A stretch of 64,000 nucleotides of DNA from positions 192,001 through 256,000 of the forward strand of contig JAVJQW010000038.1 in NCBI GenBank assembly GCA_040218735.1. Direction: 5' to 3'. This DNA comes from Deltaproteobacteria bacterium. GTDB taxonomy: Bacteria; Myxococcota; Kuafuiibacteriia; Kuafuiibacteriales; Kuafuiibacteriaceae. Below, piece by piece: positions 19,533-29,108 of the stretch. How positions within the stretch are numbered: the stretch's first letter is position 1; every line of letters starts with the position of its first letter. The notes below the pieces were generated by a model. It saw only the letters and a program-made list of their open reading frames with translations. It was not told the DNA's origin and did no database searches. A program made the position numbers and the translations under genes.

Positions 19533-20348
19533 ATGAGTACTTCGATTCTGCCTGATGACTCGGTCGTGATTCGCCTAGCGCGGGAAACGATCCATCTGAG
19601 CGCCAAGACGGCGGCGATCCACGTACGCGCCGTTCATCCGCGCCGCGACCTCGGGGGTTCACTCCTCGCCGCCTACCCGCTGACCTCCGCGGAGCGCGTC
19701 CGCTTGCGGCCCCTCCTGGACGGCCGGGTCACGCTCACCCTGGAGCTGCGCGGCGGCACCACGGTCTCGCTCGGCGAGGCCCCCGGCCAGGACATCGCGA
19801 TGGTCACCGCCCGCGTCGTGGCCGACGTCACCCGCTGCATGGTCGAGGTCTCCGGGCCCGCGACCGCCGTGAAGGCCCACCTCTACGAGCCGACCGGGCG
19901 CCTGTACTGGGACGAGGGCACGCTCCCCTCGCTCGCCCGCGATGACGAAGAAGATCCCGACACCGATCCGCCGGACGGCTGGCGGCCGCCCCCGGATCTG
20001 ACACCCCCGCCGGTGATCGTCCGCGGCGAGCCGGACCCCGTGGTGTCCTTCCCCGCGGCCCGCGCCGAACCGCCGGAGCCCGAGGCCCCGGTCGCGCCCC
20101 GCATCATCCGGGGCCAGCCCGAACCGCAGGCGCCCGTGTTCCTCGATCTGCTCCGCGAATCGCAGATGTACGAGCCCGTGATGCCCACGCCGATGGAGGA
20201 TCCCGAGAAGGATCGCGCCACGCAGGTCGGCATCGGAGGTTGGCGCGGCCGCTCCACCACGGGCACCCGCCTGCGCGCGATCTACGAGATGCTGCGCCTG
20301 ACGTCGGAGCGCCTCCCGGTGGCGACCGAGAGCCTGGCCCTCCTCTGA
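19533..20348 (+). CDS. hypothetical protein with proline-rich C-terminal half
   Basis: Fills the gap between neighbours; GAGG upstream of ATG; codon bias consistent. Confidence 0.6.
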   Translation: MSTSILPDDSVVIRLARETIHLSAKTAAIHVRAVHPRRDLGGSLLAAYPLTSAERVRLRPLLDGRVTLTLELRGGTTVSLGEAPGQDIAMVTARVVADVTRCMVEVSGPATAVKAHLYEPTGRLYWDEGTLPSLARDDEEDPDTDPPDGWRPPPDLTPPPVIVRGEPDPVVSFPAARAEPPEPEAPVAPRIIRGQPEPQAPVFLDLLRESQMYEPVMPTPMEDPEKDRATQVGIGGWRGRSTTGTRLRAIYEMLRLTSERLPVATESLALL

Positions 20349-20400
20349 GGACAACTGAAGCAACCTCGCAAGGTGTGAACCCGATAATGCACCTCGGGTC

Positions 20401-21597
20401 ATGCCAGTCACGAACGCGATGAAGAAGGTCCTCGGTGACGGCGTCGTCGAACGCCGCGAGGTCCCCCAGCTCTCCCAAGACATCGGCCGCGGCACACGCG
20501 CGTCGGACCTGAGGAAACTCGCCGGACCGCAGTTCGTCGACGCCCTCGAAGGGGGCACCGGCGACGACCTCGTCCGCCTCGGCCGCCAGCACGGCGTCGA
20601 GCTGCGGTTCACCGCGCCGGTGAAGGACATCGCGGGCGCCGGCGACATCCTCGCGGGCCGCGCAACCCTGAAGCGCGGCGGCACGAACCGCGAGGCCTCC
20701 GTCGTCGCCGTCCAGCGCGGCTTGATGGCGCTGTCGAGCCGAATGCAGCAACCGAAGATCGCGCTGCCGAACTGGGGCGCGGACGGGGACTACGGCGGCG
20801 AGACCGAAAAGGCCGTCGTCGCGTTCCAGACGATCTACGGCGCGGCCCACGGGCTGACGCCGAACGGCGAGGTCGACGACAAGACCGCGAAGCTCCTCAA
20901 CGACATGGTCGGCCGCACGTCGGTGCCGAAGCTCCTCGTCGACGAGGTCGGCGCGATGGCGCCGAGCAAGAAGACCGTGCTCGCCGCGTGTGACTTCCTC
21001 CTCAAACACGACGCGCGCTTGTACGGCACGCAGTCCGACTGGCGCTGCCGCGATCCGAAGCACCCGCAGTTCTCCCAGGCAAACGCGGTGAGCGACACGA
21101 GCGGTCGCTACTGCGACGTGTCGATGAACGGCAGCGGTTGGAAGTGCAACCTCGCGCTCGGCACCGCGCTCTACCTCGCGGGCTTCGAGCCGCCGCGGTA
21201 CCCGAGCGGCGCGTACCCGATCGCCACGGAGCTGTACCGCTACACGAAGTCGATTCAGGGACGGAACGCTCGCGACCACGTCGAGCTCGACCTGAAGGCG
21301 CAAGTCAGGAACCTCGATCAGATGAGCGCCGACGAGCGCAAAGCGAAGATCGCCGCGCTGATCGATCAGGCGGAGCCGGGCCAGCTGCTGATCGTCGACC
21401 ACGGCTCGGGTGGCGGCGCCGACGGCGGTCACTGTCGCATCGTCCGAGATGTCTCGGACTGGAACGGTGGGCGCGGGACGATCCGCTGCTTCCAGGCGTC
21501 GAGTCGCGCGGCGCTCGACAAGGACCAGGTGCTCTCGGACTTCACGAGCGAAAAACACGTCTACCTGCTCGAGGCGAACACGCCGCGCGAAGCCTGA
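20401..21597 (+). CDS. peptidoglycan-binding domain protein with putative Cys/His (NlpC/P60/CHAP-like) amidase domain
   Basis: PG_binding_1 motif VQRGL...GADGDYGGETEKAVVAFQ...GLTPNGEVD; C-terminal KCN.......LAGF and GHCRIV. Confidence 0.7.
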   Translation: MPVTNAMKKVLGDGVVERREVPQLSQDIGRGTRASDLRKLAGPQFVDALEGGTGDDLVRLGRQHGVELRFTAPVKDIAGAGDILAGRATLKRGGTNREASVVAVQRGLMALSSRMQQPKIALPNWGADGDYGGETEKAVVAFQTIYGAAHGLTPNGEVDDKTAKLLNDMVGRTSVPKLLVDEVGAMAPSKKTVLAACDFLLKHDARLYGTQSDWRCRDPKHPQFSQANAVSDTSGRYCDVSMNGSGWKCNLALGTALYLAGFEPPRYPSGAYPIATELYRYTKSIQGRNARDHVELDLKAQVRNLDQMSADERKAKIAALIDQAEPGQLLIVDHGSGGGADGGHCRIVRDVSDWNGGRGTIRCFQASSRAALDKDQVLSDFTSEKHVYLLEANTPREA

Positions 21598-21660
21598 CCG
21601 ATCCTGAAACCAGGGGCGGCCGATTGAACCGACCCCGGACTCCACGCTACCCGTCGAGTC

Positions 21661-22698
21661 ATGCTTCGCCGGTTCGCCTGGGTCCTCCTCGTCTTCGGGT
21701 GCGGGGGCGAATCATCCACCCTGATCGCGGTCGACACCCCAACGGACGCCGACGTCTCGCTCACGTCCGCGCCGCCGGCGACGGTGCAGTCGCTCGGCGC
21801 GCCGTACCCGATCGTGCTCGCGCACGGGATGTTCGGCACCGACCGCTTCGCCGACGTGCTGGAGTACTGGTTCCGGATCCCGGGGCACCTCGAAGCGCAG
21901 GGCGAGGTGGTGTTCGTCGCCGAGGTCGATCCGCTGAACGACTCGACGACGCGCGGGCTGCAGCTGTCCGCGTTCGTCGACGAGGTCCTCGCCGAGACCG
22001 GCCACGATCGCGTGGTGTTGATCGGGCACTCGCAGGGCGGCCTCGACGCCCGCGTCGTCGCGTCCACCTATCCGAACAAGGTCGCCACCGTGGTGACGAT
22101 CGCGACACCGCATGTTGGCAACGAGCTCGTCGACGGATCACTCGGGCTCCTCGACAATCGTTTCGGCGCGCTCGCGACCGACGCGCTTGCCGCGGTGCTC
22201 GGTCCGTTCGTGTACGACCGCGACGAGGATCTCGACGTGCTCGCCGCGTTGAATCAGGTGTCGACCGAAGGCATGGACGCGTTCAACCGCGACTACCCGG
22301 ACGCGGCGGGCGTCGACTACTTCTCGATCGCGGGTCGCACGGACATGGTCGGGAGTGACCACGCGGCGTGCGCCGCACCCGCGGCGCCGGCGTTCGTTTC
22401 GCGCTGGGACGACGAGGACGACCCGGTCAGCCTCGCGATGCGGTTGTCGGAGGATCTCGCCGACGGCAACCCGATCGGGTCGCGCCCCAACGTGCTGCCG
22501 AACGATGGGTTGGTCACCGTCGACAGCGCGCGTCACGGGACCTTCCTCGGTTGCATCCCCGCCGATCATCTCGAGCAGATCGGACAGCTCGTGGGCGCCG
22601 ATCCGGGGTGCGCTTTGATTCCTCCGCGCTGCAACGACTTCGCGTACCTCGAGTTCTTCGCGCAGCTCGCGGACTGGCTGCGCAGCGAAGGGTACTGA
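21661..22698 (+). CDS. triacylglycerol lipase (lipoprotein)
   Basis: PIVLAHG, GHSQG, TIATPH.G, NDGLV, DHLEQI; lipobox VFGC. Confidence 0.92.
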   Translation: MLRRFAWVLLVFGCGGESSTLIAVDTPTDADVSLTSAPPATVQSLGAPYPIVLAHGMFGTDRFADVLEYWFRIPGHLEAQGEVVFVAEVDPLNDSTTRGLQLSAFVDEVLAETGHDRVVLIGHSQGGLDARVVASTYPNKVATVVTIATPHVGNELVDGSLGLLDNRFGALATDALAAVLGPFVYDRDEDLDVLAALNQVSTEGMDAFNRDYPDAAGVDYFSIAGRTDMVGSDHAACAAPAAPAFVSRWDDEDDPVSLAMRLSEDLADGNPIGSRPNVLPNDGLVTVDSARHGTFLGCIPADHLEQIGQLVGADPGCALIPPRCNDFAYLEFFAQLADWLRSEGY

Positions 22699-22738
22699 GA
22701 CTCCCCGCGCGCCCGGTTGGTGTTATGGTCCGGGTTCG

Positions 22739-23347
22739 ATGAACGCCGGCCTCTTCCTCCTGCTCCTCGCCCCGGCCGCACCGAACGCACCGAGCTACGA
22801 ATCGCTGGCTTCGGAGGCGACGCCCGTGAACAACCTCGGCCGGTACCTCGAGGACTACCTCGGTGACTGCGACCACGACACGCCCGGCTTCGACAAGAAG
22901 GGCTGCGAGTCCAAACAGCAGACGGTCCAGAAGCAGAAGAACGGCGACCTCATCAAGATCGTCGTCGACGATGTCCGCGACCAGCTGAGCTTCGCCGGGT
23001 GGGACGATCGCAAGCGGGCCTACCGACTTCACCTCACGCCGCTGTTCCCGGAGCGCGACGTCGCGTTGACCGTCGGGAAGCCCCGACGTCTGACCGCCGA
23101 TGGCCGGCCGATCCTCAAGAACATCCCGCTGTGGGTCGAGCTTCCGAAGGGGGAGGCTGACTTTGCCTTCCGCCGGAGGTTGGAGCGTGGCATGGTCCGC
23201 CTCGAGTTGCTGGTGCGGCCGAAGGGGCCCTGGAAGAAGGCCAAGGGAGACGAGACGCTGCGCGGCCTCGAGGTGAAGCTCGTGGGCTTGCGCCTGCTCC
23301 CTGCGCGCGGCGCCGGTCAGCTCTACCAGCAGGTCTACACACGATGA
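22739..23347 (+). CDS. secreted hypothetical protein (DUF6066-like)
   Basis: Signal peptide; LG.YLEDYLGDC...C pattern. Family call from recall only. Confidence 0.65.
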   Translation: MNAGLFLLLLAPAAPNAPSYESLASEATPVNNLGRYLEDYLGDCDHDTPGFDKKGCESKQQTVQKQKNGDLIKIVVDDVRDQLSFAGWDDRKRAYRLHLTPLFPERDVALTVGKPRRLTADGRPILKNIPLWVELPKGEADFAFRRRLERGMVRLELLVRPKGPWKKAKGDETLRGLEVKLVGLRLLPARGAGQLYQQVYTR

Positions 23348-23928
23348 GCGAGGCACCCAAGGACCCTCGCGCCGCGTTCCGCGCGGCGCTCGAGGACGAG
23401 GCCGTCCACAACGCGGCGGATCGGATTCGCACCACCGACGGCGCGCCGTCGTTGTCGCAGATGCTCGAGCTGGGGCGCGCGCTCTCCGCGGCGTGCGGCG
23501 CGAGCGAGGACGCTGCGCGTCTGCATGCGGAGCTCGTCGGGTACCAGGAGGCGGCGACGCCGATCCCGGACGAGCGTAAGGCGATCGGTTTCGCGAGCCC
23601 GTTCCCCGTGCGCGCGCTCGACATGGGTCTGCTCGATCCGGAGGAGATCTTCCTCGCGAACCGCGAGAAGTTCTCGCAAGTCACGTTGACGATCGGGCAG
23701 CCCGTCGAAGAGCTCGAGACCGCGCTCTCGCAGATCCGTCAGGGCGGCGTGCTCGCGCTCAAGGTGCCGGCTTCGGAGATCACGCAGGAGTCGGCGTCGA
23801 CCGACGAGGAGACCGAGGTCTTCATCTACATCCTCCCGCGCGAGATTCAGCGCATCGTCGACGCCGCGCGCGCGCGCGCGCTGGATGCGGTGATTCGTCG
23901 CATCGTGGATGCGGCGTCCGCATCCTGA
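23344..23928 (+). CDS. stand-alone AbiTii-like domain protein
   Basis: LSQMLELGRALS...LHAELVGY.....IPDER resembles the AbiTii EL.GY...P.YR signature; later QPVEELE. Confidence 0.5.
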   Translation: MSEAPKDPRAAFRAALEDEAVHNAADRIRTTDGAPSLSQMLELGRALSAACGASEDAARLHAELVGYQEAATPIPDERKAIGFASPFPVRALDMGLLDPEEIFLANREKFSQVTLTIGQPVEELETALSQIRQGGVLALKVPASEITQESASTDEETEVFIYILPREIQRIVDAARARALDAVIRRIVDAASAS

Positions 23929-24043
23929 GATGACTTCGCATCCTCGGCGTGTACTCACTGCCGATTCTCCATCCCTTTTTGATTCCCTGATCAGGTGGCC
24001 AGTTGTTGCGCCGAGCCGACCGCTGTCACCGTAGATCTCGGAC

Positions 24044-24607
24044 ATGGGTGCCGACGTCATCCCGCTCGCGGACTGTGAGCTCGCCGACGCCATCGAACGG
24101 GGTGCGCTGGACGACGTGACGCGTGCGCTTCAGCGTGGCGCGTCGTTCGAGCCCGACCCGGTCGACGGTGTGCTGCCGTTGCACCGCGCGATCATCGCGC
24201 AGCACGTGGAGATCGTCTCGCACCTTTGCGCTTCGGGCGCCGACCCTTCACGCGCCGACGACAACGGCGCGAACGCGCTCGACCTCGCGGCGACGCTCGA
24301 CTCCGTCGCGGTCGTCGCCGTGTTGATCGCGTACGGTGCGCCGCTCAACGGGCGCGGGGACGAAGGGTACACGCCGCTGATGAGCGCGGCGGGGCGCTCG
24401 TTCGAGATCGCGACGTTGTTGGTGAGCATGGGCGCCGACTTGAAGGCGCTCAACGATGACGGCCGAACGGCCCTGCAGGAAGCGTTGGCGCTCGGCGATC
24501 TCGCGACGGCCGACCTGATCTTGTCGGTCGACGATCCCGAGCAGATCAGCGACGCGGAGGACCGCCCGCGCCACCGCCGGGCGCGCCCTGCATCATCATC
24601 TCTTTGA
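24044..24607 (+). CDS. ankyrin repeat protein
   Basis: GVLPLHRA, GANALDLAA, GYTPLMSAA, GRTALQEA repeats with GAD/GAP turns. Confidence 0.9.
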   Translation: MGADVIPLADCELADAIERGALDDVTRALQRGASFEPDPVDGVLPLHRAIIAQHVEIVSHLCASGADPSRADDNGANALDLAATLDSVAVVAVLIAYGAPLNGRGDEGYTPLMSAAGRSFEIATLLVSMGADLKALNDDGRTALQEALALGDLATADLILSVDDPEQISDAEDRPRHRRARPASSSL

Positions 24608-25352
24608 AGCCGAGCTTCTTGTAGGCCTTCGGCGCGGTGAAGTTCGACGCCGGAGCGTTGTCCTTCTTCATCTCCTGCACCTCGGTCGTCGAGGCGATCG
24701 CCTGCGGGCCGAGCATCATCGTGCGCTTGGTGCGGAGCGGGAAGCCGTAGTCCGCGACCTGCAGGAGCACCATCGAAGCGGCGCCCGCGCCGACGCCGGC
24801 CTTCTTCAGCTTGGCGGCGAGTTTCTTCGCATCGTTCCGGAACGCGCTGACGTCGACGTCGACCTTCGCGGACATACACGCCTCGACCTCACCCTCGGGG
24901 CCTTCCCACGTGTAGATCTGGCAGGTGCGCCCGGCGACCTTGTCCTTCTTGCCGGTCTTCTTCACCGACAGGTCCGCCTTGCGCGCCTTCTCCTGCTTCT
25001 CGAGCTGCGCCTCGATCGTCTTGCGGACGTTCTCCGGCATGTTCGGCAGCTGCGCCCGCATCTGCGCGATCATCTCGTTCTGCATCTTCACGAGCTCTTC
25101 GAGCGTGACCGACGCGAACTGTTTCTTGCCGTGGTCGACCATCGTGAAGTCGCCGGACAACAGATCGATGATGATGGTCGTCTGGTCCGGGTTGTCGACG
25201 CGCAGCTTGTGGTGGCCGTAGGCCATCTGCGACATCTGCTTGCCGCCCTTGTCACCCATCGTGTGGGACTGCTTGGCGGTCCAGCCGGCGAACGCCGTGG
25301 AGGCCGCGAATGTGAGGGCACCGACCGCGGCGACCGTGGAAACAAAACGCAT
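24546..25352 (-). CDS. secreted DUF4412-like protein
   Basis: Signal peptide (AFA|); KTGKKDKVAGRTCQIY, GFPLRT, FTAPKAYKK. Confidence 0.75.
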   Translation of the reverse strand: MRFVSTVAAVGALTFAASTAFAGWTAKQSHTMGDKGGKQMSQMAYGHHKLRVDNPDQTTIIIDLLSGDFTMVDHGKKQFASVTLEELVKMQNEMIAQMRAQLPNMPENVRKTIEAQLEKQEKARKADLSVKKTGKKDKVAGRTCQIYTWEGPEGEVEACMSAKVDVDVSAFRNDAKKLAAKLKKAGVGAGAASMVLLQVADYGFPLRTKRTMMLGPQAIASTTEVQEMKKDNAPASNFTAPKAYKKLGFKEMMMQGAPGGGAGGPPRR

Positions 25353-25443
25353 CGTCGGCGGGTAGCACGGGGTAGCGACAAGGGTCAAAGCAAGGAAGAT
25401 CTGCCGTTGCGCTATGACGCCTCTTCGGAGTAGCGACGCCTCC

Positions 25444-26496
25444 GTGAAGGTCGCGCTCGTCGGGTTTCGTGGCTCCGGTAAGACCACGGTGTTCAACGCC
25501 CTCACGGGGCAGTCCGCGGAGACCGGGTTCGGCAAGAAGGGCTCGTCGAACCTCGGCCGCATCCAGGTCCCGGACGAGCGCATCGACAAGCTCACCGCGA
25601 TCTACCAGCCGAAGAAGACTACACGCGCGGAGATCCAGTTCGTCGACGTCGCCGGCCCCGAAGACGCCGAGCGCGGCGCCGCGTCCGGCCTCGACCCCGC
25701 GCTCGTCGCGCTGATCCGCGAGGCCGACGCGCTCGTGCACGTCGTCCGCGGCTTCGACAACCCGATGCTCGAAGGCGGCCCCAAACCCGCCGCGGACCTC
25801 TCGGGCTTCGACGACGAGCTCGTCCTCACCGACAACGTGCAGGTCGAAAAGCGCATCGAGCGGCTCCGAAAGGAGAAAAAGGGGCCCGAGCTGGAACTCA
25901 TGGAGAAGCTCCTGGGTCTGCTTGAAGAAGGGAAGGCGCTCCGACGTCATACCTTCGCCGCCGAGGAGCTGCACACGATGTCCGGGTTCGGGTTCTTGAG
26001 CATGAAGCCGGTGCTGTGTGTGTTGAACCAGGGCGAGGACGAGATCGGCAGCCCCGCGCCCGACGACGTGGTCGCGGCCGCGAAGGAGCGGGACGTCGAC
26101 CTCATCTCGATGTGCGCGACGATGGAAGCAGAGATCATGGCGATGGAGCCGGACGACCAGGTGGCGTTCCTCGCCGACTACGGTCTGTCCGAGCCGATGC
26201 GGTCACGCTTCATCGCCGCGGCGTACGGCCTCCTCGATCTCATCAGCTTCCTGACCAGCGGCGAAGACGAAGTGCGCGCGTGGACGATCCGTCGCGGCAC
26301 GAACGCGCGCAACGCCGCCGGGAAGATCCACTCCGACCTCGAGCGTGGCTTCATCCGCGCGGAGGTCACGGCCTACGACGACTTCATCGCCCTCGGCAGC
26401 GAGGCGAAGGTGAAGGAAGCGGGTAAGCTCCGCCTCGAAGGCAAGGACTACATCGTACAGGACGGCGACATCATGCACGTCCGCCACAACAGTTGA
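25444..26496 (+). CDS. ychF: YchF/Ola1 family P-loop NTPase (divergent paralog)
   Basis: GFRGSGKTT, VPDERID.L, FVDVAG, EVRAWTI, AAGKIHSDLERGFIRAEV, EGKDYIVQDGD. Confidence 0.9.
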   Translation: MKVALVGFRGSGKTTVFNALTGQSAETGFGKKGSSNLGRIQVPDERIDKLTAIYQPKKTTRAEIQFVDVAGPEDAERGAASGLDPALVALIREADALVHVVRGFDNPMLEGGPKPAADLSGFDDELVLTDNVQVEKRIERLRKEKKGPELELMEKLLGLLEEGKALRRHTFAAEELHTMSGFGFLSMKPVLCVLNQGEDEIGSPAPDDVVAAAKERDVDLISMCATMEAEIMAMEPDDQVAFLADYGLSEPMRSRFIAAAYGLLDLISFLTSGEDEVRAWTIRRGTNARNAAGKIHSDLERGFIRAEVTAYDDFIALGSEAKVKEAGKLRLEGKDYIVQDGDIMHVRHNS

Positions 26497-26509
26497 GGAC
26501 GAATCGATC

Positions 26510-27094
26510 ATGAAGAAGACGGCATTGCTCTTTGCGTTCACCTTCGCGCTCGGCGCGACGACTTCCGAGGCCCGCGCCGAGACGCACGGGTTGTACTTCT
26601 CGCAGGCCGGCGCGCTCCTCGCGTACGCCGACGCCGAGCTCAAGGTGCTCTACGGCGCCCTGACCGCGAAGGAGTTCGACCCGAAGCTCACCAAGGACAC
26701 CGTGGCCGAGCTCGACCGCACGCTCGCCGCGGCGAAGCGCAGCATCGACCGCAGCATCGCGCTCCTCCCCGAGTCGCAGGGCAAGGTGGCGCCCGAGCTC
26801 GAGAAGCTCCGCACCGCGATCAAGCAGTGCGAGGACGCGCTCAACAAACTCGGCAACGACATCACCGAGCAGACCGGCTCCACCGAGGAGGCGGAGGCCG
26901 AGCTCGGCTCGCGTCCCGAGGAGAACCTCGACGAGGAGCCGCCGCAGCGCGATTGGGAGCTGCTCAAACGCGGGACGGGTTGGCTCGGCGTCGACCTCAA
27001 GGACGCGCGCAGCAAGTACGGCTCGGTCGCGCGTAAGCTGCGCCTGAAGTCGCTGCGTTCGCCGCCGAAGCCGCGCGGCAAGCGCCCCGAGTGA
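26510..27094 (+). CDS. secreted helical hypothetical protein
   Basis: GAGG RBS; signal peptide ending ARA. Confidence 0.75.
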   Translation: MKKTALLFAFTFALGATTSEARAETHGLYFSQAGALLAYADAELKVLYGALTAKEFDPKLTKDTVAELDRTLAAAKRSIDRSIALLPESQGKVAPELEKLRTAIKQCEDALNKLGNDITEQTGSTEEAEAELGSRPEENLDEEPPQRDWELLKRGTGWLGVDLKDARSKYGSVARKLRLKSLRSPPKPRGKRPE

Positions 27095-29107
27095 TCACTT
27101 CGGTGCGAGCGTCGCGACCACGTTGATGGAGCGACGCTCGTCCGGACGCACCCGACGCTCCCAGGGTTCGTGCCCGTCCGCGAGGATGCGGAGCACGTAG
27201 AAGCGGTTGTCGAACGCGTGCGGCAGCACGAGCGGCGTCGTGCCCACGAACCCGTTGTCCAGCTCCACCGACGCCCCCGACGGGTTGCTCATCACCGTCA
27301 GATACCCCTTCGTCGTCGGCTGCGGCGCCGTCGTGCGCGGCGGCTCGACCGGCGGTGGCGGAGGCGGCGGCGGCGTGACCGCGACCGACGTGCCGGCGTC
27401 CGGGGTCGGCGTGACCCCCGCGTCGAGCACGGCCATCGGCTCGATCTCGTCGGTGGGCGTGCTCGTCCGCGACGCGATCGCGATCCCCAGGCCCACGAGC
27501 ACCACGACCGCCGCGCCGATCGCGACGTAGCGCCCGATCGATCCGCCGTCCTCGATGATCACCGGCGGCGTGGGGCGCGACGAGCGCGGTGCGCTCGAGT
27601 CCGCCGCCGGCAACGCGTCTTGCAGGCCCTCGAACTTGCTGTCGTCGATGACCGGCGCGGTCGGCGCCGGACGTCGGTCGTCGCTCGGGGTCGGCAGACG
27701 CAGCCCCGACGATGACGGCGGGCCCGACGGCTTGGGCGGCTCGGGCGCCGGCAGCGGCGCGGCCTTCGGCGGCTCGGACACCTCGGGCGTGGCGAACTCG
27801 GCGGCGGCCGCGCGCGCGATCTCCGGCACCTTGTTGATCCCGGTGACCTCCTGCTGGAGCACCGATCCCCAATCGCCGAACGCAGGCACCGGCGACGAAC
27901 CCTCCGAGGCGGTCAGCGGCGTCGCCGCTGGCCGTCCGACGGAACGTGCCCTCGGCCCGAGCGAAGCGAGGTCCGAAGATGGGGTACCGACGACCGGTGC
28001 GTTGTCGAGCTGCGTCGCCTCGACGTGGGCGTCGGGCATCAGCGGGTTGGTCGCGACGACGGTCTTCGGTGCGTCCTCCTCCCGCGGCGCGGAGTCGAGG
28101 AGCTGGCCGAAGGTCGCGGCGTCGTGGTCGGAGGTGAGCAGCGCCATCGGGCCGCGCCCCACGTTCGGCGGGACCGCCGCGCGCATCACCGCCGCGAGCT
28201 CACGGGCGCCGCCGGGTTGGAGCCCGACCGATTCGAGCTCGTCGTAGATCGCATCCGACAGCTCGATCGCCGTGGAGAAGCGGTCGTCGCGGTTGGGCGC
28301 GAGGGCGCGCTCGAACAGCGGGAGCAGGCCGGGGCGGCCCGCGACCACCGGCGAGGACAGCGACGGCGGCTGACCTTCGATCGCACGCTGGCAGACCAGC
28401 GCGGCCGTGAGGTGGTCGAGGTACGGCCGGCCCGTGACCAGCTCGTAGTACAGGACGCCGAGGCTGTAGACGTCGGCGCGGCGGTCGAGCGGCTCCCCGC
28501 GCGCCGCCTCCGGCGCGAGGATGCGGAAGCGGTCCACCTCGTTCGTGAGCGGCGGGAGGAGCATCGCCTGGATCGCCGGCAACCCCGGGCCGAGCACCGC
28601 GACGGAGCCCCCGGGCGCGAGGAGGACGGCCCCCTTGTGGACCTCGCCGTGGACGCGGAGCGGGGCGTCGAACCCCGGCGTGTCGTTGATCTGCTGGAGC
28701 AGCCCCGCGGCGGTGATCGCGACGGACGCCGCGAGCGGGGCGCCGAGCGGCTGCTTCTTGTGGCGCAGCGCCGTGAGGAGGGTGTCGACGCGCATCGCGC
28801 CGTTCGACACCGGGTCCAGGAGGATCGTGACCCGCCGCCCCGACACCTCGACCAGGCGCGGACCGATCACGCCCTCGATCGGTGCGTTGGCGGCCTGATG
28901 GCCGGCCTGGGTGATCACATCGACGTCGGCCGGGTCGAGCGGCGCCCGCAGATCGAGCTGGACCGCGAGCAGATGGCCCTGTCCGCCCGGCACCGACCTG
29001 AAATCGATGGTGCGACGCGATATGGTCTTACGCAGCTCGTCCCAGCGGAGCACCACGAAGGTCGGTACCTTACGTGGATCGCGGCGTGGGAAAAAGGGGG
29101 CTTTCAA
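27095..29107 (-). CDS. Ser/Thr kinase-like pseudokinase with TM helix and PEGA domain
   Basis: APE and DVYSLG retained; HRD and DFG positions read HGE and GPG; C-terminal SNPSGASVELD...GTTPL. Start uncertain. Confidence 0.8.
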   Translation of the reverse strand: MKAPFFPRRDPRKVPTFVVLRWDELRKTISRRTIDFRSVPGGQGHLLAVQLDLRAPLDPADVDVITQAGHQAANAPIEGVIGPRLVEVSGRRVTILLDPVSNGAMRVDTLLTALRHKKQPLGAPLAASVAITAAGLLQQINDTPGFDAPLRVHGEVHKGAVLLAPGGSVAVLGPGLPAIQAMLLPPLTNEVDRFRILAPEAARGEPLDRRADVYSLGVLYYELVTGRPYLDHLTAALVCQRAIEGQPPSLSSPVVAGRPGLLPLFERALAPNRDDRFSTAIELSDAIYDELESVGLQPGGARELAAVMRAAVPPNVGRGPMALLTSDHDAATFGQLLDSAPREEDAPKTVVATNPLMPDAHVEATQLDNAPVVGTPSSDLASLGPRARSVGRPAATPLTASEGSSPVPAFGDWGSVLQQEVTGINKVPEIARAAAAEFATPEVSEPPKAAPLPAPEPPKPSGPPSSSGLRLPTPSDDRRPAPTAPVIDDSKFEGLQDALPAADSSAPRSSRPTPPVIIEDGGSIGRYVAIGAAVVVLVGLGIAIASRTSTPTDEIEPMAVLDAGVTPTPDAGTSVAVTPPPPPPPPVEPPRTTAPQPTTKGYLTVMSNPSGASVELDNGFVGTTPLVLPHAFDNRFYVLRILADGHEPWERRVRPDERRSINVVATLAPK

Positions 29108-29108
29108 C

